NCBI GenBank assembly: GCA_963747235.1
Contig: CAVVEU010000033.1
Coordinates: 256,001-320,000 of the forward strand
Reading direction: 5' to 3'
Source: an uncultured Candidatus Rokubacteria bacterium
GTDB lineage: Bacteria; Methylomirabilota; Methylomirabilia; Rokubacteriales; CSP1-6
Length of the DNA stretch: 64,000 nt
The notes beneath the pieces are model-generated. The model was given only the letters and a program-made list of their open reading frames with translations, was not told the DNA's origin and searched no databases. The translations under genes were made by a program, and so were the position numbers. Positions 39,121 through 48,922 of this stretch are shown piece after piece (position 1 is the stretch's first letter; every line of letters begins with the position of its first letter).

Positions 39121-41090
39121 GCCGGCATCTCACGGCCCGGGCCGCGCTCGGCATCCTCGTGCTGCTGGCCGTCGGCTGTCTCCCTGCCGTTCGTCGGGAG
39201 CCGGAGGTCCGCGGAGACTGGCCCGCCTACGGCAACGACGCGGGGGGCAGCCGCTATTCACCCCTGGCCCAGATCGACCGGGGGAACGTCGGGCAGCTCG
39301 GGGTGGCCTGGACGTATCGCACCGGCGAGGCCGACGACACGAGCCCGGCGCGGCGGCGCTCCGCCTTCGAGGCCACGCCCATCGTGGTGGACGGCACGCT
39401 CTTTCTCAGCACGCCCTTCAACCGCGTGATCGCCCTCGATCCCGAAACCGGCCGGGAGCGCTGGGTCTACGACCCGCGCGTCGACCGGACCCGGTTCTTC
39501 GCGCTCGTCACCTCGCGCGGCGTCTCCACCTGGCTGGACACGAGCCGCCCGGCCGGCCAGGCATGTCGCCGGCGCATCTTCGTCGCCACGATCGATGCCC
39601 GCCTGATCGCGCTCGACGCCGAACACGGCGCCCCCTGTGGCGACTTCGGCCGGGATGGGACGGTCGAGCTCAAGGAGGGAATCGCGCCCGATCCGTATCT
39701 CCGGTGCTGCTATCAGGTGACCTCGCCGCCCGCCGTCATCGGCTCGCTCATCGTGGTCGGCTCGACGATCGGCGACAACATCACCACCGGGATAGCACGG
39801 GGCATCGTCCGCGCGTACGACGCGCGCACCGGAGCGCTCCGATGGACCTGGGATCCGATCCCGGCGGACGCCACCGATCCGGCGGCCGCCACCTGGGGTG
39901 CCGAGAGCTGGCGTCGCACCGGCGCGGCCAACGCCTGGGCGCCGATCTCCGCCGACCCGGAGCGTGGCCTCGTCTTCGTGCCGACCAGCAGCCCGAGCCC
40001 GGACCACTACGGCGGGGAGCGGCTCGGCGCGAATCTCTACGCGAACTCGGTGGTGGCGCTGCGCGCCGAGACCGGGAAGGTCGTCTGGCACTTCCAGGTC
40101 GTCCACCACGATCTCTGGGACTATGACGTCCCGGCCCAGCCGACCCTGCTGACCTTCACCCGGAATGGCGCCGGCATCCCGGCGGTGGCGGTCGCGACCA
40201 AGATGGGCCATCTGTTCGTGCTCGATCGCCGGACGGGCACGCCGCTCTTGCCCGTCGAGGAGCGGCCCGTCCCGAGGAGCACGGTGCCCGGGGAAGAGGC
40301 CGCCCCGACCCAGCCGTTCCCCGTTCGTCCGGGCCCCCTCATGCCGCAGCGCCTGACCCCGGACGACGCGTGGGGCGGGACGCCGGGCGACCGCGCTGCG
40401 TGTCGCGACCGCATCGCCAAGCTTCGCTCGGAAGGCATCTTCACGCCTCCGAGCCTGGAGGGCAGCGTCGTCTTTCCCGGACTCGGCGGCGGCATGCACT
40501 GGGGCGGCCTGTCCCACGATCCGATCCGCGGCCTGATCATCGTCAACACGACGCGGCTGGCGTTCATGGTCCAGCTCATCCCCCGCGCCGAGTACGCCGC
40601 GGCCCGGAACGCCGCGGGCGTGATGGGACGAAGGGGAGAGTTCGCGCCCCAGCTCGGCACGCCCTACGGGATGTACCGCGAGCTCCTGCTGTCGCCCTCC
40701 GGGCCATGCAACCCGCCGCCCTGGGGCGCCCTGGCCGCGGTGGACCTCGCCAGCGGCGGGGTCCGCTGGGAGGTGCCGCTCGGCACCATCCCCCAGATGG
40801 CGGCCATCGCCGAGTCGGCGTCCTGGGGATCGCCGAACTTCGGCGGCGCGGTGACCACGGCGGGGGGCCTCGTGTTCATCGCGGCGGCGCTGGACCCCCG
40901 GATCCGCGCCTTCGACGTGGAGACCGGCAAGGAGCTGTGGAGCGCCGCGCTGCCCGCCGGCGGTCAGGCCACCCCGATGACCTTTCAGCTCGGCCCGGGC
41001 CGGAAGCAGTTCGTCGTCATCGCCGCCGGAGGCCACGCGTCGATGCGCACGCCGATGGGCGACTCGGTCGTCGCGTTCGCCTTGCCATGA
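39117..41090 (+). CDS. PQQ-dependent glucose/quinate-type dehydrogenase (exported, possible lipoprotein)
   Basis: RYSPLAQI..NV, FEATP, HHDLWDYD, PPWG, TAGGLVFI, ATPMT; LAVGC lipobox. Confidence 0.9.
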   Translation: MSRHLTARAALGILVLLAVGCLPAVRREPEVRGDWPAYGNDAGGSRYSPLAQIDRGNVGQLGVAWTYRTGEADDTSPARRRSAFEATPIVVDGTLFLSTPFNRVIALDPETGRERWVYDPRVDRTRFFALVTSRGVSTWLDTSRPAGQACRRRIFVATIDARLIALDAEHGAPCGDFGRDGTVELKEGIAPDPYLRCCYQVTSPPAVIGSLIVVGSTIGDNITTGIARGIVRAYDARTGALRWTWDPIPADATDPAAATWGAESWRRTGAANAWAPISADPERGLVFVPTSSPSPDHYGGERLGANLYANSVVALRAETGKVVWHFQVVHHDLWDYDVPAQPTLLTFTRNGAGIPAVAVATKMGHLFVLDRRTGTPLLPVEERPVPRSTVPGEEAAPTQPFPVRPGPLMPQRLTPDDAWGGTPGDRAACRDRIAKLRSEGIFTPPSLEGSVVFPGLGGGMHWGGLSHDPIRGLIIVNTTRLAFMVQLIPRAEYAAARNAAGVMGRRGEFAPQLGTPYGMYRELLLSPSGPCNPPPWGALAAVDLASGGVRWEVPLGTIPQMAAIAESASWGSPNFGGAVTTAGGLVFIAAALDPRIRAFDVETGKELWSAALPAGGQATPMTFQLGPGRKQFVVIAAGGHASMRTPMGDSVVAFALP

Positions 41091-41566
41091 AAGCCTCCAC
41101 CATCGTGGCGACGGTGGTCGGGATCGCCGTCGGCGTGTACTCCGGCATGCATCTCCTCATCCCCCTGGCCCTCACCGGCCTGGCCTGGTGGGCGGGGCGG
41201 AAGCTCTTCCCGGAGCGCTCACGCGGCTACGTGGCCGCCGCCGCGGTGCAGGCCGGTCACCTGCTGTGGATCGCGGTCGGCCTGATCGTCATCGGCGCGC
41301 TGACCGTGGATCTCGTGGACATCGCGATCCTGCTCGTCGGCGTCGCCTGGCTGCTCCTGCGGCCGGGCCTGGCGCCGGTCATCGTGCTCACGATCTACCA
41401 GGCGCTGGCGCTGCTCATCAACCTGTTCGCCTTCCTCAGCTTCCCGATCGGCCACAACCTGCACCGGGCCCTGCTCGTGCACATCATCTGGCGCGGCCTG
41501 GCATTGATCCTGATGTGGCGCGCCCACCACAAGGCCGCCGGGCTCCACGAGTCCGCCGCGTATTGA
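41087..41566 (+). CDS. Hypothetical integral membrane protein
   Basis: Multiple hydrophobic segments; ATGA overlap. Confidence 0.7.
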   Translation: MKASTIVATVVGIAVGVYSGMHLLIPLALTGLAWWAGRKLFPERSRGYVAAAAVQAGHLLWIAVGLIVIGALTVDLVDIAILLVGVAWLLLRPGLAPVIVLTIYQALALLINLFAFLSFPIGHNLHRALLVHIIWRGLALILMWRAHHKAAGLHESAAY

Positions 41567-41601
41567 CAGCCGCCCGCGCCGTGTGGTCTGGTGAAGCGCC
41601 C

Positions 41602-42082
41602 ATGGGCGCCCCAGGTTTTCCGATCGAGTCCATCTCGCGCGGCGCAGCGTTGAGCCGGGCGGTTCTCTTCGCGATCCTCGCCGGCGTGTCGGCCGCCACC
41701 TGGACGATCTGCCTGAAGCTGGCCTCCACGAAGATCACCCCGGCGCTGGGCGCGCTGGTCATCACCACCGGCGCCCTCGTGGTCAACGCCGTCGTCATCC
41801 TGGCCACGCGGGCCACACGGACACGAGATCGTCTGGAGCCGCGAGGCGCTGTGGCTCATGGTCCTGGCCGGCGTCGCCGCGGCCGGGGTGGACATCTTCG
41901 GGCTCCTCGCCTACGACCGGGGCCTGAAGGTGACGTCGTCGTTCTTCATCGGCGGCACCTCCACCGTGCTCGTCCTGCTCGCCGGCTTCCTGCTGTTCCA
42001 GGAGCCGTTCACGTGGATCCGTCTGGTGGCGATCGCCATGATCGTGGGTGGCTCGCTGCTGCTGCAGGCGCAGGGCGGATGA
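41602..42082 (+). CDS. EamA/DMT-like small transporter (frameshift ~41820)
   Basis: Five TM segments; LLFQEPFT..LVAIAMIVGG..LL. Confidence 0.7.
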
Positions 42083-42809
42083 CGCGGCGTTCCTCGAAGG
42101 CACGGACGTCGCCCGGAGCTTCGGCGGCCTCCGCGTCCTGACGCGCGTGAGCTTCGCGGTCGCCGAGGGCGAGATCGTGGCGCTCATCGGGCCCAACGGG
42201 GCCGGCAAGACGACGCTGTTCAACCTGATCAGCGGGCTGCTCCGGCCCTCCGCGGGCTCCATCCGTCTGGGCGAGCACCGGATCAGCGCGCTGCCCGCCT
42301 ACCGGATCGCGCGGCTCGGCCTCGGGCGCACCTTCCAGACCCCGCGGCCGTTCCTCGACCTGACCGCCGCGGAGAACGTGGCCGCCGCCGCGCTCTGGAG
42401 CGAGCGGCCGGGCGGCACGCCCGCCGAGCTGCTCGCGCTCGTGGAGATGGACGAGCACGCGACGGTGCCCGCGCGGCGGCTCACCGGCGGCCGGCGCAAG
42501 CTGCTCGAGCTGGCGATGGCCCTGGCGCTCCGGCCGCGCATCATCCTGCTCGACGAGCTGCTGGCCGGGCTCACCCCCACCGAGGGGGCGCGGGCGACCG
42601 CAATTCTGAGGAACATCCGCGACGAGCGCGGGGTCGGATTGTTCTGGGTCGAGCACGTGATGAAGGCCATCATGGAGACGGCGGAGCGGCTCATCGTGCT
42701 CCACCACGGCGAGGTCATCTGCGAGGGGCCGCCCGCGGCGGTCTCGCGCGATGCCCGGGTTCTCGAGGCGTATCTCGGCGAAGCACCCCCAATGGCGAGG
42801 AGGCCATGA
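42079..42809 (+). CDS. livG: Branched-chain amino acid ABC ATPase
   Basis: GPNGAGKTT, GRTFQ, LLDE, VEH.M. Confidence 0.88.
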
Positions 42810-44024
42810 ACATGAGCATGCGCAGACGGCAGTTCCTCAAGACGGCGGCGGCGGGCGCGGCCACGGTTCCCCTCCTGCGGACGCGCGCGCGCGCCCAGGC
42901 GAAGCCGATCCGCATCGGCTACACCATGTCGGCGACCGGCCCGTACGCGGTGGGCGCCGGCATCACCCAGGCCCCGAACTACACGCTGTGGCAGGACCAG
43001 GTCAACGCCCAGGGCGGCCTCGCGGTGAAGGGCGAGGGGCGCCGGCCGATCGAGTTCGTCACCATCGACGACCGCAGCGAGATCGAGACCGCGGTGCGCT
43101 TCTACGAGAAGCTGGCCACCGACGACAAGGTGGACCTGCTGCTGCCCCCGTGGGGCTCGGCGATGAACTTCGCGATCGGCGCCGGTGGCCGGCAAGTACG
43201 GCTACCCGATGATCGGTCCCACCGCCATCTCCGGGAAGTTCAAGGAGCTGGCGCTGCCCTACTTCTACACGATGCTGGTGCAGCCCGCGCCGCAGATGCA
43301 GGCGGTGGCCGCCTTGCTGCAAGGACCTGCGCGACCAGGGCAAGATCAAGAAGGTCGCGGTGGCCTACGTCAACGATCTGTTCGGCATCGAGCTGAACGC
43401 GGCCACCGGCCCCGCCTTCAAGGCGGCCGGCCTCGAGGTGGTGGACACCAAGAGCTATCCGCTGGGCGCCAAGGATCTCTCCCCGGTGCTCAAGGGCTTC
43501 AAGGACGCGGGCGCCGACGCCTTCGTCGGACTGACCTACCCGCCCGACAACATCCTCGTCACCTCCCAGGCCAAGGAAGTGGACTGGAACCCGGCCGTCT
43601 TCTTCACCGGGGTGGGCACCGCGTTCCCGTTCTACCGCGACCGGTTCAAGGGCGCGGAGGGCGTGATGGGCATCGCGGGCTGGAACCCGAAGGTGAAGTA
43701 TCGCGGGGGCCAGGGAGTACTTCGACGCGCACGTGAAGAAGCACCAGAAGGAGCCGGACCGCTGGGCGAGCGCCTTCGCGTACGCGTCGCTGCAGATCCT
43801 GGAGCGCTGCGTGGGCGAGGTCGGCCTCGACCGGCCGAAGATCAAGGCCATGCTCGACGCCACCGAGTTCTCAGACGGTGGCCGGGCCGATCAAGTTCGT
43901 CAAGGGCGAGAACGTGGCCACCCCGGGCATCGTCGGGCAGTGGCAGAAGAACGAGTTCGAGCTCGTGTGGCCCAAGGCCTCGTCCACCGGGGCCGCGGTG
44001 GTGCCGAAGCCGGCCTGGGCGTGA
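42806..44024 (+). CDS. Branched-chain amino acid ABC substrate-binding protein, Tat signal (several frameshifts)
   Basis: RRRQFLK; IRIG..SATGPYA; DDRS; QWQ..ELVWP. Confidence 0.82.
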
Positions 44025-44900
44025 CGCTCTCGCCCACCCTGCTGCTGGACGTCGTGGTCGGGGGATTCACGACGGGGGGCATCTACGCCCTCGTCGCCCT
44101 CGGCCTCAATCTCCAGTACGGCCTCATGCGGGTGCTGAACGTGGCGCACGGCGAGTTCCTGATGCTGGGCGCCTACGTCACGTTCTCGCTGCACACCGGC
44201 TGGGGCGTCAACCCGCTGCTGACCCTCTTGATCACGGGCCCGACGGCCTTCGTCGTCGGGCTCGTGCTGCACCGCCTGCTCTACGCCCCGCTGCTGGCCG
44301 GCGAGGCGGCCGAGAGCCTCGAGTCGCGCTCGCTCCTGCTCTCCTTCGGCCTCATGTTCGTGATCCAGAACGCGGCGCTCCTGATCTGGAGCGCGGATCT
44401 CAAGGGCTACAGCTATCTCGCCATCCCGCTGCGGTGGCTCGGCACCGTCTTCCCCGCCAACCGCGTCCTCGCGGCCGCGATCGCCCTCGCCCTGGGCGTG
44501 GCCTTCTACCTCTATCTCCGCTACAGCCTGACCGGCAAGGCGGTGCGCGCCCTGATGCAGGAGCCGGAGGGCGCGCAGCTCATGGGCATCCAGACCTCGC
44601 GGATCCACGGCGCTCTGCTTCGGCGCGGGCATCGCGATGTCCGCGGTGACCGGCTCGCTCGTCAGCATGCTGTTCGAGCTGACGCCGTTCATGGGCCTGC
44701 CCTACACGGTGACCGCGCTGGTCGTCGTCATCCTGGGCGGGCTCGGCAACATGCTGGGCTGCCTCATGGCGGGGCTGCTGCTGGGCCTGGTCGAGACCGC
44801 CGGCGTCTACCTCGCGTCCTCCGACATCCGGCTGATCTCGTCCTACGCGGTGCTCTCGCTGATCCTGGTCCTCAAGCCCTCGGGCCTCTTTGGCCGCTAG
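44021..44900 (+). CDS. livH: Branched-chain amino acid ABC permease (frameshift ~44610)
   Basis: YALVALGL, NVAHGEF, VILGGLG, KPSGLFG. Confidence 0.88.
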
Positions 44901-45780
44901 GGTCGCCGGCGCCGCCCTCGGCGCGGCGCTGCTCGTCGCGCCGTACGTCCTGCCGACGTACTATCGCTCGCTCGCGCTCGCCATCCTGGCCGACGTGGCC
45001 CTCGCGGTCTCGTGGGCCTTCTTCTCCGGCCCCACGCGCTATCTCTCGCTCGCCACCGGCGCCTTCTTCGGCGCCGGCGCCTACACCACCGCGGTGGTGA
45101 TGGCGCGGCTGCCGTGGCCGCTGCCGGTCGTGGCCGCCGCCGCGGTCGCCGCCGCCATGGCGCTGCTGGTCGGCACGCTGGCGCTGCGGCTGCGCGGGCC
45201 CTACTTCGCGATCTTCACCTTCGGCCTGGCCGAGCTGGCCAAGCACACGCTGATCTGGTACGAGACCGGCGTCACCGGCACCGTCGGCCGCCTGCTCCTC
45301 AGCCCGCCCGACGCGGTGACGCTCTACTACACGGTGCTCGGCGTGGCCGCGGTCGCGGTGGCGATCGCGGTGTGGCTGCCGCGCGGCCGCTGGGGCATCG
45401 CGCTGGTGGGCATCGGCGCCGACGAGGAGCGCGCGGAGACGCTCGGCATCGACACCACGCGCATCAAGATCACCGTCTTCGCCCTGAGCGCCGCGGTCAT
45501 GGGCGCGGTGGGCGGCGCGATGGCCCCGCGCTGGACCTATCTCGACCCCCAGGTCTTCAACCCGCTCGTGTCCTTCCAGACCGTGATCATGGCCCTGCTC
45601 GGCGGGGCGACCACCGTCATCGGCCCGGTGCTGGGCGCGGTCTTCCTGGGCATCCTCTCCGAGACGCTGCTGCTGCAGTTCCGCTACGTCTACATGCTGA
45701 GCCTGGGGCTCGTGCTGATCGCGGTGGTGCTGCTGCTGCCGTCCGGCCTCGCGGGGCTGCTCCGCCGGCGGCGCGCGTGA
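44890..45780 (+). CDS. livM: Branched-chain amino acid ABC permease
   Basis: LRLRGPYFAI, DEERAETLGI, LLGG..GPVLGA, PSGL. Confidence 0.88.
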   Translation: MAARVAGAALGAALLVAPYVLPTYYRSLALAILADVALAVSWAFFSGPTRYLSLATGAFFGAGAYTTAVVMARLPWPLPVVAAAAVAAAMALLVGTLALRLRGPYFAIFTFGLAELAKHTLIWYETGVTGTVGRLLLSPPDAVTLYYTVLGVAAVAVAIAVWLPRGRWGIALVGIGADEERAETLGIDTTRIKITVFALSAAVMGAVGGAMAPRWTYLDPQVFNPLVSFQTVIMALLGGATTVIGPVLGAVFLGILSETLLLQFRYVYMLSLGLVLIAVVLLLPSGLAGLLRRRRA

Positions 45781-45880
45781 ACGACGGGAGAACCTGCCGC
45801 ACAACCCCCGCTGGCTTGCCACTCATCGCTCCCGACGCTATAGTCGGCGGTCAGACGCCAGTCAGGGGAAGGACGACGCA

Positions 45881-46031
45881 ATGCCCTACATCTCCAAGAC
45901 ACCGACGCCCCCCTACTACACGGTCGTATTCACCTCCATCAACGCCGACGTCGATCACACCGAGCACGTCGAGATGTTCGAGCGCCTGGTGCAGCGTGCG
46001 GCAGCCTACGACGGATATCTCGGACTACTGA
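45881..46031 (+). pseudogene. Truncated ABM-type monooxygenase (N-terminal ~50 aa)
   Basis: AAGGA RBS; TP.PPYY.V.FTS ... GYLG, then similarity stops. Confidence 0.55.
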
Positions 46032-46049
46032 CCCGGGGGAGGGTGCGCC

Positions 46050-46604
46050 ATGTTCGATGTGGACCGGTTCATTGCCGACTGCCGCGTAGCCGGCGCTGCG
46101 AACGGGTCTCCGGGAGTGCTTGAAGTCGTCGCGAGAGCGGTCACCACTCCCTCGGAGATTCTGAAGACGCTCGGGGAACCGCGCCGGGCAGGGCTCCACG
46201 TGGTCTTCCGATCGCCCGAGCTCACGATCCTCAACGTCGTTTGGGGGCCGCGCATGTGCCAGCTCCCCCACAACCACGAGATGTGGGCCGTCATCGGCAT
46301 GTACACGGGCCGCGAGGACAACATTTTCTGGCGGAGGGTGCCGAGCGCTCCCGATGGACGAATCGAGGCTGCCGGGGCCAAGGCGCTAAGCGACCGTGAC
46401 GCCGCGCCCCTCGGGCCCGACATCATTCACTCGGTGGTCAATCCGCTCAAGCGGATGACCGGGGCGATTCACGTCTATGGCGGCGATTTCTTCGCGGTCC
46501 CGCGCAGCGAATGGGATCCGGAGCACCTCGTAGAGCAGGCCTTCGACATCGACAGGGCGTTGGCGCTCTTCGAGGAGTCCAACCGTCTGTATCCCTCGCC
46601 GTAG
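46050..46604 (+). CDS. Cysteine-dioxygenase-like cupin metalloenzyme
   Basis: PHNH.MWA, IHSV.NP, AIHVYG; visibly more A/T-ending codons than neighbours. Confidence 0.75.
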   Translation: MFDVDRFIADCRVAGAANGSPGVLEVVARAVTTPSEILKTLGEPRRAGLHVVFRSPELTILNVVWGPRMCQLPHNHEMWAVIGMYTGREDNIFWRRVPSAPDGRIEAAGAKALSDRDAAPLGPDIIHSVVNPLKRMTGAIHVYGGDFFAVPRSEWDPEHLVEQAFDIDRALALFEESNRLYPSP

Positions 46605-46605
46605 C

Positions 46606-46971
46606 GTGGAGGTCGCGCAGGTGAATTCGGTCAATCTCGACGCGAAGCTGGCCACGTTCAAGGACCACTGGCAGCCGCGCACCATCGGCCAGTTCAACGG
46701 GCACGACCTCATGGTGGTCAAGGCGCAGGGCGAGTTCGTCTGGCACAAGCACGACGACACCGACGACTTCTTCCTCGTGCTCAAGGGACATCTGACCATC
46801 GAGCTGCGCGACGGCAACGTCGAGCTGGGCCCCGGCGAGCTCTTCGTCGTGCCCAGGGGCGTGGAGCACCGGCCGGTGGCGAAGGAGGAGGTCCACATCC
46901 TGCTGATCGAGCCCGCCGGCACGCCGAACACCGGCGATCCCGCCACCGCGGCGGCCCGCCGGGTCATCTAG
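46606..46971 (+). CDS. Cupin domain protein
   Basis: FVWHKH..TDD.F.V, VPRGVEHRP. Confidence 0.88.
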   Translation: MEVAQVNSVNLDAKLATFKDHWQPRTIGQFNGHDLMVVKAQGEFVWHKHDDTDDFFLVLKGHLTIELRDGNVELGPGELFVVPRGVEHRPVAKEEVHILLIEPAGTPNTGDPATAAARRVI

Positions 46972-46990
46972 GCGCGCCGAGGGCCACGCC

Positions 46991-47380
46991 ATGGCGATAC
47001 GCATCGTGCGACTCGGGACCCCGCGGCACGCGGGCGAGGGCCTGCGCATCGGCACGGTGCGCCGGCCGCCGCGCGGCGTGCGCAAGACCGACTACGCGAA
47101 GCGGGACTTCTACGACGTCTGGCTGCCCGAGCTGGCGCCCACCGCGCCGCTCGTCTCCTGGGCGCTCTCGAAGCCGTTCACGCCCGCGCGGTGGGCGAGT
47201 TACGCGCGCCGGTACCTGCGGGAAATGCGCGAGCCGGCGGCCCAGCGGCAGATCGCGCTGCTCGCCGCGCTGTCCGCCCGGACCGATTTCTCGGTGGGCT
47301 GCTACTGCGAGGACGAGAGCCGCTGCCACCGCTCGCTCCTGCGGGAGCTGCTGATCGAGCACGGCGCGAAGGTCGTCTGA
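46991..47380 (+). CDS. DUF488 family protein
   Basis: RRPPRGV.K, WLPELAP, CYCEDE..CHR. Confidence 0.85.
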   Translation: MAIRIVRLGTPRHAGEGLRIGTVRRPPRGVRKTDYAKRDFYDVWLPELAPTAPLVSWALSKPFTPARWASYARRYLREMREPAAQRQIALLAALSARTDFSVGCYCEDESRCHRSLLRELLIEHGAKVV

Positions 47381-47526
47381 CGCTGCCTCCCGCGGAGGCA
47401 GCGGGGCCCGCGCTGCCTGGTCCGCGGGCGCAATCGCGGCGCATCGCGCCCGCGTGGCCCGCGGCCGATCGCCGCAAGTAGCCGCCGCGCTTCGCTGAAT
47501 TCCCTCACGCTCGCGACACGCGCCAC

Positions 47527-47542
47527 TGGCACGTCCTCTGCA
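47527..47542 (+). promoter_or_regulatory. Putative sigma54 promoter
   Basis: TGGCAC-N5-CTGCA (GG-N10-GC). Confidence 0.55.
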
Positions 47543-47634
47543 GCCTCGAGTCACGAGCAATTCATCGCGTCGTCGCGAAATCCGGAGCGCCGTCGCCGTA
47601 CGATGACGGCGCTCTTTCTTTTGGGGAGGAACCG

Positions 47635-48141
47635 ATGGGCAAGCAAGACGGCAGCACGGTACTGCGGACGAGCCTCGCCGCCGGCCTGATCGGACTCGGG
47701 CTCGTGGCCGCGGTCATGGAGGTGCAGGCGGATCTCACGCCGCTCGAGACCCGGCGGGCGACGCTTCGGCTCCAGTTCGACACGCGGTGGCGCGTGCACG
47801 TCGGAACGCTCGACCAGGCGCTCGCGCGGCACGACGTCAGCGCCGCGGTCGGGGCGTGGCACGACGCCTACGGCGCCGCCCTCGCGAGCCGCGGCTGGGA
47901 GGGCATGCTCGCGGTGGGCGACGCCTTTCTGCGGATCGGCGCCGAAGCGGGCACCGTGAGCGGCTCGCGCTCCAACGCGCGACAGGCCTATCTCAACGCG
48001 CTCATCCGGGCTCACCGCGATGGCTCCCTGGACGGCCTGCGACGGACGGCCGCCGCGTTCGAGGCCCTGGGCGACCACGCGGTGGCGACCCACTGCCGGC
48101 GCGTCGCCGACGAGCTGGCGGCCAACCGGAAAGGACTCTAG
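47635..48141 (+). CDS. Hypothetical helical protein with N-terminal TM/signal
   Basis: GGAGG RBS; 168-aa ORF. Confidence 0.7.
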   Translation: MGKQDGSTVLRTSLAAGLIGLGLVAAVMEVQADLTPLETRRATLRLQFDTRWRVHVGTLDQALARHDVSAAVGAWHDAYGAALASRGWEGMLAVGDAFLRIGAEAGTVSGSRSNARQAYLNALIRAHRDGSLDGLRRTAAAFEALGDHAVATHCRRVADELAANRKGL

Positions 48142-48144
48142 ACC

Positions 48145-48555
48145 ATGATCCAGAAGCTGGCCCTGATCGCGCACGACCACAAGAAGGTGGACCTCGTCGC
48201 GTGGGCGACATTCAACCGCGACACCCTTGCCGCGTTCCCGCTCATCGCCACGCGGCACACCGCCCGGCTCGTGCGGGACAAGGTCGGGCTGGAGATCGAG
48301 GAGCTCCTGAGCGGACCGGAAGGCGGGGACGCCCAGATCGCGGCGGGCGTCGCCATGCGGGAGATCGACGCGGTGTTCTTCTTCGTCGATCCGCTCTTCG
48401 CCCAGCCGCACGATCCCGACATCCGCGCGCTGCTCCGGGTGTGCAATGTCCACAATGTCCCGGTGGCGACCAACCTCGCCACCGCCGATCTCATCATCGC
48501 CGGCCTTCCCTCCTGCACCGGCGTCCCGGTCCCCGCCCGCGTGACCGCACGCTGA
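48145..48555 (+). CDS. mgsA: Methylglyoxal synthase
   Basis: ALIAHD.KK, SGP.GGD.QI, FF.DP..PHDPD, ATN.ATA. Confidence 0.9.
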   Translation: MIQKLALIAHDHKKVDLVAWATFNRDTLAAFPLIATRHTARLVRDKVGLEIEELLSGPEGGDAQIAAGVAMREIDAVFFFVDPLFAQPHDPDIRALLRVCNVHNVPVATNLATADLIIAGLPSCTGVPVPARVTAR

Positions 48556-48611
48556 CCGGGGTTGTCCCCGTCCGGGCAAACGTGTAGCCTCGGGGCCCGG
48601 AGGGAGCAGCC

Positions 48612-48905
48612 ATGTTCGCACGACTCGGTGCCTGGCAAGGATCCGCCGAGGAGCTGGAGCGGTGGATCGAGCGCGCCCGCGATCACGTCAAGCCCAGCAT
48701 TCGAGAGGACGCGGGCCTCAAGGCGGCCTACTGGCTCGCCGACCGCGCGGGCGGCAAGGGCCTGATCGTCACCTTCTGGGAGAGCGAGGAGGCGATGCGG
48801 GCGAGCGAGGAAGCGCGCCGGCGCCGCCAGGCCGCCACGTCGGCGGCCACCGGCGCCCAGGTGACGACCGAACGGTACGAGATCGTCGACACACTCGTGA
48901 TGTGA
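48612..48905 (+). CDS. Small ABM-like dimeric alpha+beta barrel protein
   Basis: MFAR...DR..GK...TFWESEEAM.AS...YEI. Confidence 0.7.
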   Translation: MFARLGAWQGSAEELERWIERARDHVKPSIREDAGLKAAYWLADRAGGKGLIVTFWESEEAMRASEEARRRRQAATSAATGAQVTTERYEIVDTLVM

Positions 48906-48922
48906 CTCCAAAGGAGGAGCGC

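Noticed and set aside
40105-40130. DYD as a lanthanide-binding signature
   Set aside because: HHDLWDxD is typical of glucose/quinate-type PQQ enzymes and is not diagnostic outside XoxF/PedH/ExaF clades
38817-41090. Apparent SET-PQQ dehydrogenase fusion
   Set aside because: Indel near 39068. The dehydrogenase has its own ATG and signal peptide at 39117
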